Positions 61,168-64,000 of a stretch of DNA of 64,000 bases are shown one piece after another. Position 1 is the stretch's first letter. Each line of letters opens with the position of its first letter. Origin of the DNA: an uncultured Gammaproteobacteria bacterium (GTDB lineage: Bacteria > Patescibacteriota > Microgenomatia > Levybacterales > GWA1-39-11). Location of the stretch: the NCBI GenBank assembly GCA_964537315.1, contig CAZIAP010000002.1:107237-171236 (forward strand). Direction: 5' to 3'. The position numbers were made by a program, and so were the translations under genes. The notes under the pieces were generated by a model. The model was not told the DNA's origin. It did not search any database and saw only the letters and a program-made list of their open reading frames with translations.

Positions 61168-61737
61168 TTATTGTAGTTCCGCAAATACAAGTAGCCTTCT
61201 CAGATCAGTTCCAACTGGTGTGCAAGTTTGTAGAATCAAGTCCGCGTTGGGTTTTTTCAGATATTGTACTTCACTTGGCCAGACCTCTTTAATTTCAATT
61301 ACTTTATAAGTATATTTTTTATCTCCGTTTGTGATGGTGATTTCATCTTTAATCTGGAGCTGGTGAAGTTTAAAAAAAGCAGTGTTGTATTGTGTAATAT
61401 TCCAAGGATAATCTGATGAGTGAGCAAAAAGGTAAGTTCCTTTTTGACCCGGAAGAGCAGTACCTTTAGCGTGTGCTATGCCGTGCCTCAATGAATCTTT
61501 GTATTCTGACTCATTCCAAGGATCAACATTTTTAACGATGGGCGCAGCAGCTTTAATCTTAGGAATTTCAATCCAATAAGATTCCGAATCTTGAGCTACA
61601 GCGACATTTTGCAACGGTGTAGGTGGAGTAAAAAAATATATACGAATAATAGGAGTGTATATGTAAAGCAGTAAAATAACTGCAGATATCATAAGTGCTG
61701 TTCCTAGTTTTTGGTGAAATTTTTTTGGTTGTATCAT
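61168..61737 (-). CDS. Sortase
   Basis: N-terminal TM; catalytic His (FAHSS), LQTC and downstream Arg (DLRRL). Confidence 0.92.
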   Translation of the reverse strand: MIQPKKFHQKLGTALMISAVILLLYIYTPIIRIYFFTPPTPLQNVAVAQDSESYWIEIPKIKAAAPIVKNVDPWNESEYKDSLRHGIAHAKGTALPGQKGTYLFAHSSDYPWNITQYNTAFFKLHQLQIKDEITITNGDKKYTYKVIEIKEVWPSEVQYLKKPNADLILQTCTPVGTDLRRLLVFAELQ

Positions 61738-61788
61738 GTGGATATTATTGCGAACGAGGAAACTGGAGTCAAGGAAAAGAGACTCGGA

Positions 61789-62934
61789 CTATCGTGCTAA
61801 TCCCGGTGCACAGCCGGAACGGAATCGCAGATACCATCCTGCAAAGAACATTATTAAGCTTGCGATAGTTGCCCATAGTAAGAAGAGGCTTCCTGTAACT
61901 GGCAGTACTTCACCGATAGCTGCTCCAAGAATGTCACCATTTGGTGCTCCGTTACCACCGATATGACCATTACCATTACTAACTTGGGTGGGAGGGGTGG
62001 TTGGTTTTTCATGTTTCTCTGGTTTTTCGGGTTTAGGTTTTTCAGGACAGTCACAATCAGCTTTTAAATGGTTAATATTTATATCTTTATTAACAACTGT
62101 GGCAACGGACTTAATGTCACCTGTGTGAATTTTTATATCTCCTTCATTATCGTTTGCGACATTGCCTCCAGTATTTAAGTTGTGTTTAATATCATTGAAT
62201 ATGTTTGCAAGATTGGTGCTGTTAAAAGTTTTAGATTCATCTACCTTAAATAGTAGTTTATTAAATGATCCGTACCCATTACCAAAAATTTTTAATATCA
62301 TCTCATTTGATGATTTGCATGAGCCGTCACAGTTAACTCCGTTTAAATTGATGAATGAGTTGTTGATTCTCTTATTCTCAATATTAGTTTCAGCAGTTAT
62401 ATGTCCGGATCTAATTGATACATCACCTTTGTTCCAGTTTGCTGAGTTGTTTCCTGTGTTAGCGTTTACAATCACATTATTAGATATGAATGCGTAGTTA
62501 TCTTGATTAAATGTTGTATTGTTAGAGGCGTCAGCAGTGATAGAATTATTAGATTTGCTGCTATTTCCACTGATTTGTGCTGTACCGCCTGTTAAGCCTC
62601 CGCTAGGAATATGCGCAATGTTTTGGTTAATGCCACTATTTGTGATGTTTGTCTCTGTTTTTATGTCTCCGGTTGAGATATTGGTATCCCCTGAGTTGTC
62701 AGTAGCAGTATTATCTCCGGTATTAGTATTTACCTCGACATTGTTTTCAATATTTGCAGTATTGTTTTGTTGAAAATTAGAAGTAGATTCAGAGGTGATA
62801 TTAATAGAGTTATTAGATCCTTGATCATTGTCCGTGATAGAAAAATTAGAATCGTCAGCATATACCGGAATTACAGATCCAAATACTGATACAAGTACTA
62901 TTCCGAATGTTATAAAGGTTTTTGTGTTGTACAT
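61789..62934 (-). CDS. LPxTG-anchored Asn/Gly-repeat surface protein (probable sortase substrate)
   Basis: Signal peptide (VYA-D); three NTGxNxAxxNxGD repeats; LPVTG, TM and basic RFR tail. Confidence 0.82.
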   Translation of the reverse strand: MYNTKTFITFGIVLVSVFGSVIPVYADDSNFSITDNDQGSNNSINITSESTSNFQQNNTANIENNVEVNTNTGDNTATDNSGDTNISTGDIKTETNITNSGINQNIAHIPSGGLTGGTAQISGNSSKSNNSITADASNNTTFNQDNYAFISNNVIVNANTGNNSANWNKGDVSIRSGHITAETNIENKRINNSFINLNGVNCDGSCKSSNEMILKIFGNGYGSFNKLLFKVDESKTFNSTNLANIFNDIKHNLNTGGNVANDNEGDIKIHTGDIKSVATVVNKDININHLKADCDCPEKPKPEKPEKHEKPTTPPTQVSNGNGHIGGNGAPNGDILGAAIGEVLPVTGSLFLLWATIASLIMFFAGWYLRFRSGCAPGLAR

Positions 62935-63016
62935 AGTATATAAATATAAAAATTAAGTTACAGACTAGATAATATTCCGTATGAATACTGTATGAAGGCA
63001 AGACAATATTCTTAAT

Positions 63017-64000
63017 TTATATTTGGACAGGACGCCTTATTAATCTTTTTGTAACTTTAGTTGCAATTAATAGTATTGGCAGAATAACTAATAACCAGGC
63101 TAGGTTAATTGTTAGTTTTTGCGTGTCCGCTACTATATCCTGGACTGATGATGATCCTTTTACAGCACCAGCAACTCTTGTTTGTATATCAGATACTCCT
63201 TCCCGTAGGTTGTTACCTGCTGAGTAAGAAAGCCTAGTATTGCCGTTGGTATTAGTAGTAGATGCAGCAAGCGAAGTTGTAGTTGTAGAGGCATCAGATT
63301 CTTGAGTACCTTGACTTTGTTCATTAACATTCTTTTCGCTACTACCATGCTGCTGTCCTCCTCCTAGATTCGTAATCGAATTATTATTGTTTTCGGAATT
63401 TGTAGCAGTAGTATTTTGTACATTTTCTTTCTTCTGTCCAGGGGTTATAAAGTCTCCCATCCAGCTACCGAAAACATTAACAAATGTAACAACAAGCTTT
63501 CCGTCTCCTATGATATTGTTATTTACGAAGTTTATGAGATTTACTATTACGTTTGCGTCACCTGTTGTAATGCTGGTGTTACCCCTGTTATCATTTGCCT
63601 GATTCCCTCCTGTATTCGCACTGAGGTTAAGTGTGTTATTTATTTGTGCATTGTTTGTTTGTTCAGTTGTACTATTGTTAGATTGCGATACTGAAGACGT
63701 GTTAGTTGAGTCTTCTCCATTATTACTATTCCTTGCGACAATGTCTCCATTTTCATTCACTACAAACTCAGTTCCGCTTGAGCCAGCCATATTACTTCCT
63801 TCCGGTGCTCCAAGAATTCTTCCAATCCAGTTGCCTGCTTCATTAACAATGACTAGCCACCAAGTTTCACCTGAGTCGATATTAGAGTTTGCGATATTCA
63901 GCACATTGACATCCACATTGGCGTCTCCTGTAGTAATTGAGGAGTTACCACGATTGTCACTGGTTGTGTTATTACCAGTTGTAGCATCGATTACAATATC
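63017..64000 (-). CDS. Asn/Thr/Gly-repeat surface protein with C-terminal TM, 5' end beyond window
   Basis: Frame is open to position 64000 (DIVIDATTGNNTTSDNRGNSSITTGDANV...); same repeat as the neighbour; TM plus KRLIRR tail. Confidence 0.78.
   Translation of the reverse strand, partial: DIVIDATTGNNTTSDNRGNSSITTGDANVDVNVLNIANSNIDSGETWWLVIVNEAGNWIGRILGAPEGSNMAGSSGTEFVVNENGDIVARNSNNGEDSTNTSSVSQSNNSTTEQTNNAQINNTLNLSANTGGNQANDNRGNTSITTGDANVIVNLINFVNNNIIGDGKLVVTFVNVFGSWMGDFITPGQKKENVQNTTATNSENNNNSITNLGGGQQHGSSEKNVNEQSQGTQESDASTTTTSLAASTTNTNGNTRLSYSAGNNLREGVSDIQTRVAGAVKGSSSVQDIVADTQKLTINLAWLLVILPILLIATKVTKRLIRRPVQI

Overview
AT-rich, gene-dense bacterial chromosome segment in the standard genetic code. 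Gene content (shortened TpiA/HrcA/DnaJ, VirB2-like pilin, sortase, FemABX, many GT-C glycosyltransferases, almost no Shine-Dalgarno motifs) suggests Patescibacteria/CPR, probably Microgenomates; this is an inference. Housekeeping genes include tRNA-Ser(TGA), pcrA, tpiA, rpsT, murJ, lepA, groES/groEL, tatD, metG and hrcA-grpE-dnaK...dnaJ. There are two envelope-glycosylation clusters and many surface proteins. Most notable: (1) a VirB2-like pilin / VirB6-like membrane protein / atypical Q/P-tailed Clp unfoldase / anchored subtilase module between dnaK and dnaJ, followed by a coupled small membrane protein plus membrane-anchored Clp ATPase with a degenerate first ATPase ring; (2) surface proteins sharing an N-terminal 'P-x-T-L-x3-K-x2-Q-D-x-R-x2-A-A' motif or a C-terminal 'PPGS-x2-T-TM' motif, with cohesin and dockerin modules; (3) a sortase with Asn/Gly-repeat neighbours; (4) a leaderless-type promoter arrangement at 11 genes; (5) intergenic arrays with ~7-nt periodicity, some palindromic. 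No CRISPR array, rRNA, integrase or transposase was seen. All domain calls are by eye from motifs; no searches were run.
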